The position numbers and the translations under genes are program-made. This document shows, piece by piece, positions 36,262 through 46,690 of a DNA stretch of 64,000 bases. A model generated the notes under the pieces. That model saw nothing but the letters and a program-made list of their open reading frames with translations. It was not told the DNA's origin and did no database searches. The stretch spans positions 427,839 through 491,838 of the forward strand of contig NW_008246093.1 in the NCBI RefSeq assembly GCF_000281045.1, given 5' to 3'. Each line of letters opens with the position of its first letter. The stretch's first letter is position 1. This stretch comes from Saprolegnia diclina VS20. Taxonomy: Eukaryota.

Positions 36262-37431
36262 TTAGTACTCGAAAATGCCGTACGGCGATTGGATCGTCAC
36301 CTTCTTCCCGACATGCGCCTCGACGCGGCCGACAATCTGCGCGTCGACGTTGAACGACTTGGAGATGGCAATGATCTCGGCGGCCGTCTCGGGCGCCACG
36401 TACAGTTCCATGCGATGGCCCATGTTGAACACTTGGTACATCTCCTTCCACGCCGTGCCCGACTCGGTCTGGATGAGCTCAAAGAGCGGCGGGATCGCAA
36501 ACAAGTTGTCCTTGATGACGTGGACGTTCTCGACAAAGTGGAGGACCTTGGTCTGCGCGCCGCCCGAGCAATGCACCATGCCGTGGATCGACGACCGATC
36601 GACATTGTCGAGGATCTTCTTGATGATGGGCGCGTATGTGCGCGTGGGCGAGAGCACGAGCTTGCCGGCGCTCAGCGGCGCGTTGGCGACCGTATCGAGC
36701 AGAGCTTTCGAGCCCGAGTACACCAGGTCCTTGGGTACATTCGGGTCAAACGACTCTGGAAATTGCGTCGCCAGCGCGTGATGGAACACATCGTGGCGCG
36801 CCGACGTGAGCCCGTTGCTGCCCATGCCGCCGTTGTACTCGGTCTCGTACGTTGCTTGGCCAAACGAAGCGAGGCCGACAATGACGTCGCCGGCGCGGAT
36901 CGTGTGGTTGGAGATGACGTCCGCGCGCTTCATGCGGCACACGACGGTCGAGTCGACGATGATTGTGCGCACAAGGTCGCCGACGTCGGCGGTCTCGCCG
37001 CCCGTCGAGTGGATGCCAATGCCTTGCGAGCGCAAGGTCGAGAGCAGCTCTTCGGTGCCGTTGATGATGGCCGAGATGACGTCGCCGGGCACGAGCGTCT
37101 TGTTGCGCCCAATGGTCGAGCTCAGCAAGATCTTGTCGACGGCGCCGACGCAGAGGAGGTCGTCAATGTTCATGATGAGCGCGTCTTGGGCGATGCCCTT
37201 CCAGACCGAGAGGTCGCCGGTCGTCTTCCAGTACATGTAGGCGAGCGCGGATTTCGTGCCGGCGCCGTCGGCGTGCATGACGATGCAGTGGGCGTCGTCG
37301 CCCGAGAGGTAGTCGGGCACGATCTTGCAAAAGGCCTGCGGGAAGAGGCCCTTGTCGACGTTCTTGATCGCGTTGTGGACGTCTTCCTTGCCCGCCGAGA
37401 CGCCGCGGGCGTTGTAGCGCGAGTCGGCCAT
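36262..37431 (-). CDS. purM: Phosphoribosylaminoimidazole (AIR) synthetase, Bacteroidetes-type, intronless
   Basis: RGVSAGKEDVHNAI..DKGLFPQAFCKI, MHADGAGTKS, GIAQDALIMNIDDLLCVGA, TGGETADVGDLVRT, GSNGLTSARH, HCSGGAQTK, EMYQVFNMGHRME. Confidence 0.95.
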   Translation of the reverse strand: MADSRYNARGVSAGKEDVHNAIKNVDKGLFPQAFCKIVPDYLSGDDAHCIVMHADGAGTKSALAYMYWKTTGDLSVWKGIAQDALIMNIDDLLCVGAVDKILLSSTIGRNKTLVPGDVISAIINGTEELLSTLRSQGIGIHSTGGETADVGDLVRTIIVDSTVVCRMKRADVISNHTIRAGDVIVGLASFGQATYETEYNGGMGSNGLTSARHDVFHHALATQFPESFDPNVPKDLVYSGSKALLDTVANAPLSAGKLVLSPTRTYAPIIKKILDNVDRSSIHGMVHCSGGAQTKVLHFVENVHVIKDNLFAIPPLFELIQTESGTAWKEMYQVFNMGHRMELYVAPETAAEIIAISKSFNVDAQIVGRVEAHVGKKVTIQSPYGIFEY

Positions 37432-39713
37432 GCTCCAAAGATACAAAATTTGAAAATGTGCAATCTGGCAGTTGAGAAAGGACTGGCCGCCGCTGAAAAT
37501 CGGACTTTTGCCCTTGAAATAGGATCGTTTCGGTTGAAATTCGGCTTTGTTCCGTCATCACGGCCTCAACTTGATGTGCGATGATGCATCATCCAAACGA
37601 TGCGCGCGCCGAGTTGGGTGCCAACGACGGAGTCCGAGGCAGTGACGCCCCAGTAGAGAGGGCAACCAAAGCACGAGGCAACTCGATGTCTAACTTGACG
37701 TAAAAAGTATCGTGCGGTGGATGGCAGGCCGTGCGGAAGATGTCTCGTAGCGACGCACGTACGGGTTGCACTCCTTTGTGGGCGCCATGAGCAAGATACG
37801 AGGTGCGATGCTCGACGGCCGCAGCTTCTTCGTATACTTGGCTGTACTGCCATTGCGTCTGTGCGACCAGCACGCGACTGCAAGGTTGCGAGGCCGCTCG
37901 ATTGGCTCTGCGCTCCTGTGCGACTGCCGGCTCGATGGCGCAACCATCTCGGTCATATCAGGGAAGAAAGCGGCCATGTCGTCAGCTCCCTCCAAATGAA
38001 AATGGCGCGTCGTGGTCTCACAAGCAGGCAGTCGCCTTGAATAGTCAGTGGCAACCAGCTTGAGTGAGGCATATGATGGCCATAGCGGTGGAAGACTGCG
38101 TCTCGCGCGCAACGGCCGCGCCATGTACAGTGCTCGTGGACTTGCATTTTTCATTTTCTAATGAAGCGCAGCTGTGTACATGGGCCGAGTTGGAGCATGG
38201 GACGGTGTAGTCGACGACTTGTGTTTGTCGATCAATCCTGCCTCGACAGAAGGCCGGCGACACGGGTGTCGATGCCGTATATGTTTCCACGAGCTGTGGA
38301 CGGCGCCCTACAAAGCGCAATATTACGGGTATCTAGTGTGAGTAGGTGCATGACGGGCGTCGCTCAACAGCAAGCGGATGCCTTCTTCTTCCCCAAGACG
38401 GTGCACAGCGTCAACTGCTCTGAATGAAGCGATATGCCCGAGGCCGTTGAAGACGAGCACAAAAGATAGTGCCGATGAGTATGCTCCAACACCATGACAA
38501 AGCCCGATTTGTCAGTGAGTGAAGCGTGTGTCGTCGCAGTACGGAGTTTTGTTCAACAGGCAACCTGGCCTTGTCGCGAACGAGGCGCCAGTCCTGGGAG
38601 GCCCCACCGACACGACCGCCGCAACGCCGTGCGGACGTTATCGTGTTAGCATGCCACACGCAGCGGTTGCTATGAGACGGCGCGTGTCAGTACTATATCT
38701 AGTGTTTTTGCAGGAAAAAGGATGTGTCTTTGGGTTAAACGACCAACGTCATTCGCGTGGGGTCGCCGACGTTCACACTGGACGAAGCCCGTCCCAACTC
38801 AACTCCATGCGCGAGCTCAACTTCATTTGGTGGGGTCTTACCGCGTTGCAGTACGCGATACGCTGATGAGCAGCGATGAGCTACGCCAAGCAAACAAGGC
38901 TCGACCTCCAACACACCGAAAAGCGAGAACGTTTTAGCGATCCCTAACCCTGCATCTTGCTACGCGTAAGACAGATGTTGGCTGGTTACGCCGGCATGGT
39001 GCATCCAGCCTTCGATTCCCCGGCTCTTACTGCACGCCACTTGCACTGCAGAGTGGCATTCCCACCGCACCCGTTCCATTACAGCACGTTCGGACCGCGC
39101 GCCAATGCACACAGACGACAATCGCGAACGCCAAAAGGACATGTTGACACAGTATCGAGTAACGTCATAGCCTCCGTCCGTTTTGGAGTCGCCTTCTCTC
39201 GACATGTGTTTGCTACTGCAAGGTGCTTGTACTGGCCGCCAAGGTCGCGTCCAACAGTCCACCCCTGCACGTTAATCCCAAACACGATACTTCAGTGGGA
39301 AATCGGCCAATCTATGTCCATCGTCAAGTTGCTGGGGTTTTTGAGCACCATGAAGCCGACAACTCGGGTGCAAGGAGGTCGACAAGCCATGGGTCGTGCA
39401 AGTATTTCAGCGTGTTCACAAACCAATAGAGCCAGTTCCACCGAACAGCAAACTCAAAGGGCAAACTCAAAGTACATTTCACATGCACAACACCATTCCC
39501 GCCGAGGCAGATCGAATGCCGTCTTCTGCAGTTCGTGGAATCCTTATGTGCCACCGGTGGCGGCCCCGCCTCACAAAACCAACCACAAACTCAGATACGC
39601 AACTCAGTCGACTCAGAAAGAGCCATTCCACTGCAGTGCCTCCGCCTCGATTGGGATCGGAACTCCCGCGTCGCATGCAGATCTTGCGGAGTAGTTTGCA
39701 CCGACATCCCAAG

Positions 39714-39729
39714 TCATTATTCAATTTCC
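39714..39729 (+). promoter_or_regulatory. Oomycete INR+FPR-like core promoter element
   Basis: TCATTATTCAATTTCC about 25-40 nt upstream of ATG 39752 resembles the known oomycete TCAYTYY + MWTTTNC element. Confidence 0.55.
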
Positions 39730-39751
39730 CTTCACCTCTCAAGCCATTTCA

Positions 39752-41014
39752 ATGAAGTCCTTTGCTTGCCTCCTCCTCGCCGCATCGGCCGCCCACGGCC
39801 TGCGTCTCTCGGCCCAGGAAAAGGTCGACCTCGAAGCCAAGCTCGAGGCGTGGAAGACTAGCCAAGCCGGCAAGCAAGCCAAAGCCAACGGGTTCCTCCC
39901 GCCCAAGACGGAGCACGGCAACCTCGAAGACGGCGAGATCGACGACGAGCTCGCTCGGTTTGCGACGACGCAAAAGATCGTCGATGATCTCAACAAGCAG
40001 CACACGGGCGCCGTCTTCTCGACCGACAACCAGTTTGCGCTCATGACCGAAGACGAGTTTGCGGCGTTTGTCAAGGGCTCTTTCAAGCACGAGGCGCCTA
40101 CGCGCCAATTGCGCGCCGACAACACTCAAACGTCGCTCACGCAAGCGCAGCAAGAGGCGACGGGCATCGACTGGGCGACCAACAAGTGCATGTCGCCCGT
40201 GCGCAACCAAGGCAGCTGCGGCTCATGCTGGTCGTTTGCTGCCGTCGGCGCTGTCGAAGCGGCGCACTGCATCGCGACGGGCTCGCTTGTTGACTTTTCC
40301 GAGCAGCAGCTCGTGAGCTGCGCGTCGAGCGCGGGCTATGGCTGCCAAGGCGGCTGGCCCAACAAGGCGCTCGACTACATTGCTCAAACCGGTCTCTGTA
40401 CCGAGTCGGGGTTCCCGTACGCGTCGGGTAGCTCCAACCAGAACGGCCAGTGCAAAGACTGCCAGAAGACCAAAGTCAGCGTCGGCAAGTCGGTCGACAT
40501 TCGTGGCGAGAGTGCGCTCCAGAGCGCGCTCGATAAGCAACCGGTGACCGTTGTCGTCGAAGCCGGCAACAACGTGTGGCGCAACTACAAGAGCGGTGTC
40601 GTCCAGAGCTGCCCGGGTGCGCAGTCGGACCACGCGGTCATTGCGGTCGGGTATGGCACGAAAGATGGCCAGCAGCACTTCAAGATCAAGAACTCGTGGG
40701 GCACCGGCTGGGGCGAGGGCGGCTACATGTACCTCAAGCGCGGCGGGAGCGGCAAAGGCATGTGCAACGTAGCCGAAGCGCCGTCGTACCCGATGCTCAG
40801 CGGCAAGCCGCAGCCGACGTCCAACCAGCCGCAGCCCACGAGCAAGCCGACGGCCAAGCCATTGCCCAAGCCCACGAAGAAGCCCCAGGGCGACTGCAAC
40901 GGCTGCAACGGGTGCTACTACCCCGCGGCGACGCAGTGCTTGGCAGCCGACTACGACAAGGAGTACTGCGAGTACCTCGGCCCCCAGTACGGCACCAAGT
41001 GGTGCACGTCGTAA
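39752..41014 (+). CDS. Secreted papain-family (C1A) cysteine protease with Pro/Thr linker and Cys-rich tail
   Basis: Signal peptide, I29-like prodomain (NQFALMTEDEF), QGSCGSCWSF, DHAVIAVGYG, IKNSWG. Confidence 0.96.
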   Translation: MKSFACLLLAASAAHGLRLSAQEKVDLEAKLEAWKTSQAGKQAKANGFLPPKTEHGNLEDGEIDDELARFATTQKIVDDLNKQHTGAVFSTDNQFALMTEDEFAAFVKGSFKHEAPTRQLRADNTQTSLTQAQQEATGIDWATNKCMSPVRNQGSCGSCWSFAAVGAVEAAHCIATGSLVDFSEQQLVSCASSAGYGCQGGWPNKALDYIAQTGLCTESGFPYASGSSNQNGQCKDCQKTKVSVGKSVDIRGESALQSALDKQPVTVVVEAGNNVWRNYKSGVVQSCPGAQSDHAVIAVGYGTKDGQQHFKIKNSWGTGWGEGGYMYLKRGGSGKGMCNVAEAPSYPMLSGKPQPTSNQPQPTSKPTAKPLPKPTKKPQGDCNGCNGCYYPAATQCLAADYDKEYCEYLGPQYGTKWCTS

Positions 41015-41307
41015 AGTACACCATGCTTCATACTCGTCTTGTGCAACTTGCATATTTTGGTTGACCCTCTTGTCTGATAATAACATTGTCAAGTGTTATA
41101 AGTGGGCTATTATTGAGTTCTATCTCGCACCCGTATGGAAAATCGTCGATATATCACTTCCTCTACCAGTTCTTATGGCAAACTAGACCAATCAGATATG
41201 ATCCACACCATTTAACGGTGCGAAACCACAATCAAGTTCTGAGTTGATGGGTCACAACCCCGAAATGTATTCCATTCCATGGTGTATAGTTGTCCATGTG
41301 TCTACGA

Positions 41308-44300
41308 CTAGTCGTCCGTCTCGCGCCAGTGGTCGACGAGATTCGTAAAGAGCCCATTGGGGTTCTTGAGAAGCTCGCTCGGCGCATCAAACTCGGCAGC
41401 GGCGCCCTTGTCCATGACGAGTACCCGGTCGCAGTCGAGGATCGTATTGATGCGATGGGCGATCGTGAGCGTCGTGCAGTTGACAAACTCGGTGCGGATG
41501 CTCTCCTGGATGCGGCGGTCCGTGCTCGGGTCGATCGACGCCGTCGCTTCGTCCATCAAGATGACTTTGGCTTTCTTGAGCAGCGCGCGGGCAATGCACA
41601 GCAGTTGGCGCTCGCCGACGCTAAAGTTGAGCCCGCGCTCGTCGACAATCACGTCCAACGACGGCATCTCGAGGTGCGCGCGCTTGATCGCGACCCAGAG
41701 CGCGTCGTCATCAAAGCGCCCAAACGGGTCCAAATTCGATCGAATCGAACCGGAAAACAACACGGGGTCTTGCGGAATGATGGCAATCTTCCCGCGCAAT
41801 TCGTGGAGACCAAGCTGTGCAATGTCGACGCCGTCAAGCAGAATGCGACCGCCCGAGAGCTCCACAAGACGCATGAGTGCGACGACGAGACTCGACTTGC
41901 CCGCCCCCGTGCGTCCGACAACGCCAACTTTTTCGTTTGGACGCAGCGCAAAGCTAAGGGTACGAAGGACCCGCGGGAGTCCCTCCCGATAGCGCAGATC
42001 CACATTGTCAAACACGACACGTCCAGATGCTGGCCAGTGCTGCGGCGGCGGTGTCGACGAGGTCCAGTCGGCTTCGGTCGCGAGCGTTTGGTACGCGTCG
42101 AGGCGCTCGACCGACACCATTTGCGTTTGCACAATCGCCAGAAACCGGACGGTCCAGTTGAGCACTTGGGCTACGTTGAACGAGTACGAGAGCGAGACAC
42201 CGGCGACGCTTGCAAAGGCCGCGCTGTGCGGCGAGAGCACGGCGAGGAGGACGGCGGTCGCGGCCGCAAGCGCGCCAATGCACTCAACGCGCAGTCCAAG
42301 CCAGCACTCGGCGCTGAACGAGAGGAAGTACGCGCGTTGGTTCCGGTCCAGTAGGTACGCTTGGCGCGCAATGAACGCGGCTTGAACCTTGGACGCGCGA
42401 ATCGTCGCGAGGCCGTCGAGCGTCTCGGTCAAAAGGGCGTACACTGGCGACCGCGACGTGGCGTCCATGCGCTGGAGCTCGCAGCTCGCAGCGACGTAGT
42501 AACGTTGCGCCATGTAGTAAAAGCCCGTGAGCGGAAGCAGCGCGACGCCAAAGAGCGGCGTCACGAGCAGCGTCATCGTCAGCGCCGAGAAGAGTGTCAT
42601 GAGCGAGCTCAAGAGAAAACTCGCATTGTACGGGATCGACTCGTCGACCGTGTAGACGTCTTTCGAGAGGCGGTTCATGACGCGCCCGAGCGGGGTCGTA
42701 TCAAAAAACGACATGGGCGCGCGAAGGACGGTCGCGAGGACCGACTCAAAGAGCGCTTTCGAGCCGGAGAGACCGGCCATGTAAAAGCCCATCGACCGGA
42801 GCAAGATGAAGGCGGACGCGAGGACATTGAGTCCGACAAAGACAAGGAGGTAGTACGTTTGGTTGGTCGGGTCGGCGTGCATCGACCAGTACGACAGCCA
42901 GAGCGTACTGCTCACTTGGGCCACCTGAGCGATCGCAAAGAGCAACACAATACCGGTCGCGACACCGTAGCCGCCGCACGACGTCAACCACGCGGCGTAC
43001 GTGGTCCATGGCACATTGCCAACCGCGCGGTCTTCGTCGGCGATGAGGTCGCCCCGCATCGTCGTATCGGACGAAATCGCAGCCGTCCGCTTGGCTTGCT
43101 CGGCCGCGGCGTCGTTCGAGGGCGCCATGGACGCGTCGGTCGCATCGTCCGGTGCCGATTGAATCGACGCTAGCATCGCGGACAGCACCGGGTGCGCCTC
43201 TGGATCCGCGACCAACGAAGCGTACGGTCCCGCCTCGACGATGGCGCCGTTGTTCAACACGACGATCGAATCGACGTCCTTGAGAAACTGCAGCGCGTTC
43301 GTAACGAGGACGACGAGCTTTTCTTTGAGCGCAGAGCCAATGCACTCTTTAAAGATGTCGGCGCCCACGTGCGCGTCGACAGCAGCGAGCGGGTCGTCGA
43401 GGAGGTAGATGTCGGCGTCCATGTACACGGCGCGCGCCAAGGCCACACGCGTGCGCTGGCCGCCGCTGAGGTTGATTCCCTTCTCGCCAATCTCCGTCAA
43501 GTCGCCGCCGGGCAAGACCGCGAGATCGGCTTGGAGCGAGCACACGCTAACCGCGTGCTTGTACTTGAGCACATCGAACGGCAAGCCAAAGGTGATGTTG
43601 TCGCGAAGCGTCGCGTTCTGAATGAAGGGCTGTTGGCCGACGTACGCGACGGTGCCGCGCAGATACACTTGGCCTTGCGTGCACGGCACGTTGCCAAGAA
43701 GCCCGTGGAGAAGCGACGACTTGCCCGACCCAACGGCGCCCACAACCGCCACGAGGTGGTGCATGCCCCAGCGCGCATCGAGATGGGCGAGGGCCGGCCG
43801 CTCGCTGCCGTCATACATAAAGGAGGTGCCGTTGAGCTCAATGCCCGGCGATGCCAAATCGCCTTGCGTCACGGGCACGCGTTCGGGGCGGCCATAAAAG
43901 TCCTCGAGGCGGCCAAAGCTCACGAAACCTTCGACGACGCCGTTCATGGCCTCGGGCACGTTGTTGAGTGGCGACCGGAGAATCTCAAAGAGAGCAACGC
44001 TGGTGAGCGCTGTGCCAACGTCGAGGGTGTTGCCCAAGTAGACGTACGCGGCGAACGAGACGACCGTGACGATCGAGGGCACGGCGTTGAAGACGACGCC
44101 GGCGTAGCTCTTGGCAAAGACATACGACCGGAGTTGCCGGAGCTCGTCACATCGGATCGACAAGATACGCTGGAGGTACGACGGTTCCCACGCCTGGAGC
44201 TTGAGCACTTTGATGCCCGAGAGGACTTCGAAAATGACCTTGAGACGCACGTCTTTGACGTGCATGAGCGGCGTCTGCAGCGACCGCATCGCCCGCGAGA

Positions 44301-45051
44301 TGGCACTGGAAATCGGCAAGAGCAAGAGCGTGACAGCAATGCCGGCAGCAAACGCGACGCCGAGCTGCACATACATGAGATAGAACGCGATACTGACTTG
44401 AACAAGTGTAAACCACGCCGCGTGCGCGTAGTTGGGCAGCGTCTGGAGGCGCTGGGCGTCAAGGCTCATGAGATTCGTCACTTGGCCCGTCGACGGTACA
44501 GCACCTAGCCGCAGGGCTTTTTGGTACACGGACATGACGACCGCGGTGCGCAGCCGCAAGCCGACTTCGTAGCACTTGAAGTAGTACTGTCGAAGGGCAA
44601 ACGACTGGAGCACGCCGGCAGCAAAGATGGCGCCCGCGTACATGAGACCTTCCAATTGCGTCGCGTCCGGGTCGCTCAAGTAGGCGACGATCGACTTGAT
44701 CAAAAGCGGGCCCACAAATTGGCTCATAATGTGCAGCACCTTGAGCAGCCCCGCAATGAGAAAGGGCCCGCCAAATGCACGCAACACAACGCGCCACATG
44801 CGCGGACAAGGCGACGCGGCCTCAATCGCCCAGAAGCGCTGGAAGGTTGCGTCGATGTTGGTCGCGCGGTCGGTCGGGTTGAGCTGGTAGAGGTCGTCAA
44901 ACTGCAGCGGGCGCTGGTTGCCGAGGTCGAGAAGCGGCGTGAGCCACGAGAAGAGGAGCGAGCTCCCGCAGGCGCCAGCGTCGTGTGGGCATGTGTCGCT
45001 GAGCACCGGCGCCGCCAAGAGCGGCGACTGCTCGGTCGACTTGGATGGCAT
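41308..45051 (-). CDS. ABCC/MRP-type ABC transporter (short form, no TMD0), intronless
   Basis: FSWLTPLL lasso motif. NBD1: GAVGSGKSS, LSGGQR, LLDDPL. NBD2: GRTGAGKSS, FSVGERQ, LMDEAT, IAHR. Confidence 0.96.
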   Translation of the reverse strand: MPSKSTEQSPLLAAPVLSDTCPHDAGACGSSLLFSWLTPLLDLGNQRPLQFDDLYQLNPTDRATNIDATFQRFWAIEAASPCPRMWRVVLRAFGGPFLIAGLLKVLHIMSQFVGPLLIKSIVAYLSDPDATQLEGLMYAGAIFAAGVLQSFALRQYYFKCYEVGLRLRTAVVMSVYQKALRLGAVPSTGQVTNLMSLDAQRLQTLPNYAHAAWFTLVQVSIAFYLMYVQLGVAFAAGIAVTLLLLPISSAISRAMRSLQTPLMHVKDVRLKVIFEVLSGIKVLKLQAWEPSYLQRILSIRCDELRQLRSYVFAKSYAGVVFNAVPSIVTVVSFAAYVYLGNTLDVGTALTSVALFEILRSPLNNVPEAMNGVVEGFVSFGRLEDFYGRPERVPVTQGDLASPGIELNGTSFMYDGSERPALAHLDARWGMHHLVAVVGAVGSGKSSLLHGLLGNVPCTQGQVYLRGTVAYVGQQPFIQNATLRDNITFGLPFDVLKYKHAVSVCSLQADLAVLPGGDLTEIGEKGINLSGGQRTRVALARAVYMDADIYLLDDPLAAVDAHVGADIFKECIGSALKEKLVVLVTNALQFLKDVDSIVVLNNGAIVEAGPYASLVADPEAHPVLSAMLASIQSAPDDATDASMAPSNDAAAEQAKRTAAISSDTTMRGDLIADEDRAVGNVPWTTYAAWLTSCGGYGVATGIVLLFAIAQVAQVSSTLWLSYWSMHADPTNQTYYLLVFVGLNVLASAFILLRSMGFYMAGLSGSKALFESVLATVLRAPMSFFDTTPLGRVMNRLSKDVYTVDESIPYNASFLLSSLMTLFSALTMTLLVTPLFGVALLPLTGFYYMAQRYYVAASCELQRMDATSRSPVYALLTETLDGLATIRASKVQAAFIARQAYLLDRNQRAYFLSFSAECWLGLRVECIGALAAATAVLLAVLSPHSAAFASVAGVSLSYSFNVAQVLNWTVRFLAIVQTQMVSVERLDAYQTLATEADWTSSTPPPQHWPASGRVVFDNVDLRYREGLPRVLRTLSFALRPNEKVGVVGRTGAGKSSLVVALMRLVELSGGRILLDGVDIAQLGLHELRGKIAIIPQDPVLFSGSIRSNLDPFGRFDDDALWVAIKRAHLEMPSLDVIVDERGLNFSVGERQLLCIARALLKKAKVILMDEATASIDPSTDRRIQESIRTEFVNCTTLTIAHRINTILDCDRVLVMDKGAAAEFDAPSELLKNPNGLFTNLVDHWRETDD

Positions 45052-46423
45052 CGGAACAGCCACAAAGCGAAAATGACACATCTTGGATTGGCAGCGACTC
45101 GAAGATTTGGATACCGAAACCGAAGTTGCACTTTCGACTTCGATTACGCCGTGCCCGTTGCCCGTTGGAATGCGGATGTGGCTGCATGATGCAAAGTGCG
45201 GTCGGCACTTGTGCAGGTCGTGGGCTCGCCATCGGCGTCCTAGGAAAGAGGACTGCAAATGTCGAGTCGCTTGATCCAACCTGAGGAGCACATGCATGAA
45301 TTGTTGTATGACAGAAGAGCGCTCGGTACGAGAGAGCGAGCTAGGCTAAAAAAAATCAAAGAACAAGTTGTCCATAGAATTGGTGAGGGTCAGGGTTCAG
45401 ACTAATCGATTGCGTCACTGCAACTCGACGAGTACCACCGCAGCCTTGATTTTGTCGCATCGCTTGGATGGCGACTGCACAGAGTGTTGATCGATCCAGC
45501 AGTGCATGGACTTGCCATGGGAATTTGCTGACCCTTGGGCGTGGCACACGTGGCAGCCAGTCGCTCGTCGAATCTGTTGCAATAGTCGTAGATTCATGAT
45601 ATGCACGGTCCAGGTGCTACCGTACCTGTGTTGTATAAATTGAACGAGGGACTAGAGTTGGTACTGCAAGGTTGAGAGGGAACTGGAATATGACATGCAC
45701 CAACCGTCCGCAAGATAGAACGGACACAACGAACCACGGCTTCTACCCAAGGGAACTAGCTGTCATGGCTATAGCCCGTATCCTATCCACATGCTCAGCT
45801 GGGCAAATGTCACTTCAGCTTCAAGCGTGGGACTATGACGTGAAGCTGGCTGGTCCTAATCGATGGCACCTTTCCGCTATTCCCGCTGCTCATTTCGCGT
45901 GCCGTTATTAGCTTCGTTGATGCTCTTTGACGCGATTCGCGCAGTCTCGTGCGCGTCTCCTCCCCGTGCGCATCCGCGCTTGTATGCCTGCGACTTAATC
46001 ATTTGTTGAAACGAAAACTATGGGATTAATCTTGTGCTACATGTACGTGAAGCCTTTCGCGTCAGTAAGGATCTTATCGAGTTTGGCGCCGCGACAACGT
46101 TGATCGATAGCGCTCCTCTAACGGCTCGGACACACACACCGTGGTGTTAGCGAGCTTTCTTAGCATCTTCGTCAGCACAAGATCGCGTCTATGGTTTTTA
46201 CGTTGCAGTGTGGCACCGATTCTCGCTTCCGACGATAGCATCGTCATAGTTTGCCTGAAACAACATTGAGGTGGCGAGGGTCCTGAAGCACCTACTAAAC
46301 GAGCGTACGAACGTACCCTAACAGCACCAAAGTGTTGATAATGAAGCGGGTACGTTGCCCGTGTCGACACGGATGACACACCATCTTGGAGGCAGCAGAT
46401 CGCAATGCGAGATTGCCGTTTGC

Positions 46424-46502
46424 TTTTCACGTGGTCAACGTGTGATTTTCACGTGGTCAACGTGTGATTTTCACGTGGTCAACGTGTGATTTTCACGTGG
46501 TC
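46424..46502. repeat. 22-bp tandem repeat TTTTCACGTGGTCAACGTGTGA, ~3.6 copies
   Basis: Three exact units start at 46424, 46446 and 46468; a partial unit starts at 46490. Confidence 0.95.
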
Positions 46503-46690
46503 GACACCTTTTCATTTTTCTACAATACAAAGAGAGAGTGATTTCATCGGGATCCGGCGTGGAAAAGGATTTCCCACTTGCAACCCACATTGGCCAATGA
46601 GATATCGGTCACGCGATATGCGCGCAGGCCATTGGCTGATTTCTACCTGCATACAGCCTGTCCCATTTGGCCTGAGCATCGACCGACAAA

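Noticed and set aside
37560..39700. Coding-like fragments in a long intergenic region (also 12830-13350, 45300-46400, 52300-53300, 60700-61100)
   Set aside because: Possibly decayed genes or TEs, but no family or consistent frame could be identified.
46424..46502. Possible CRISPR array
   Set aside because: Repeats are contiguous with no spacers, there are no cas genes, and the context is eukaryotic.
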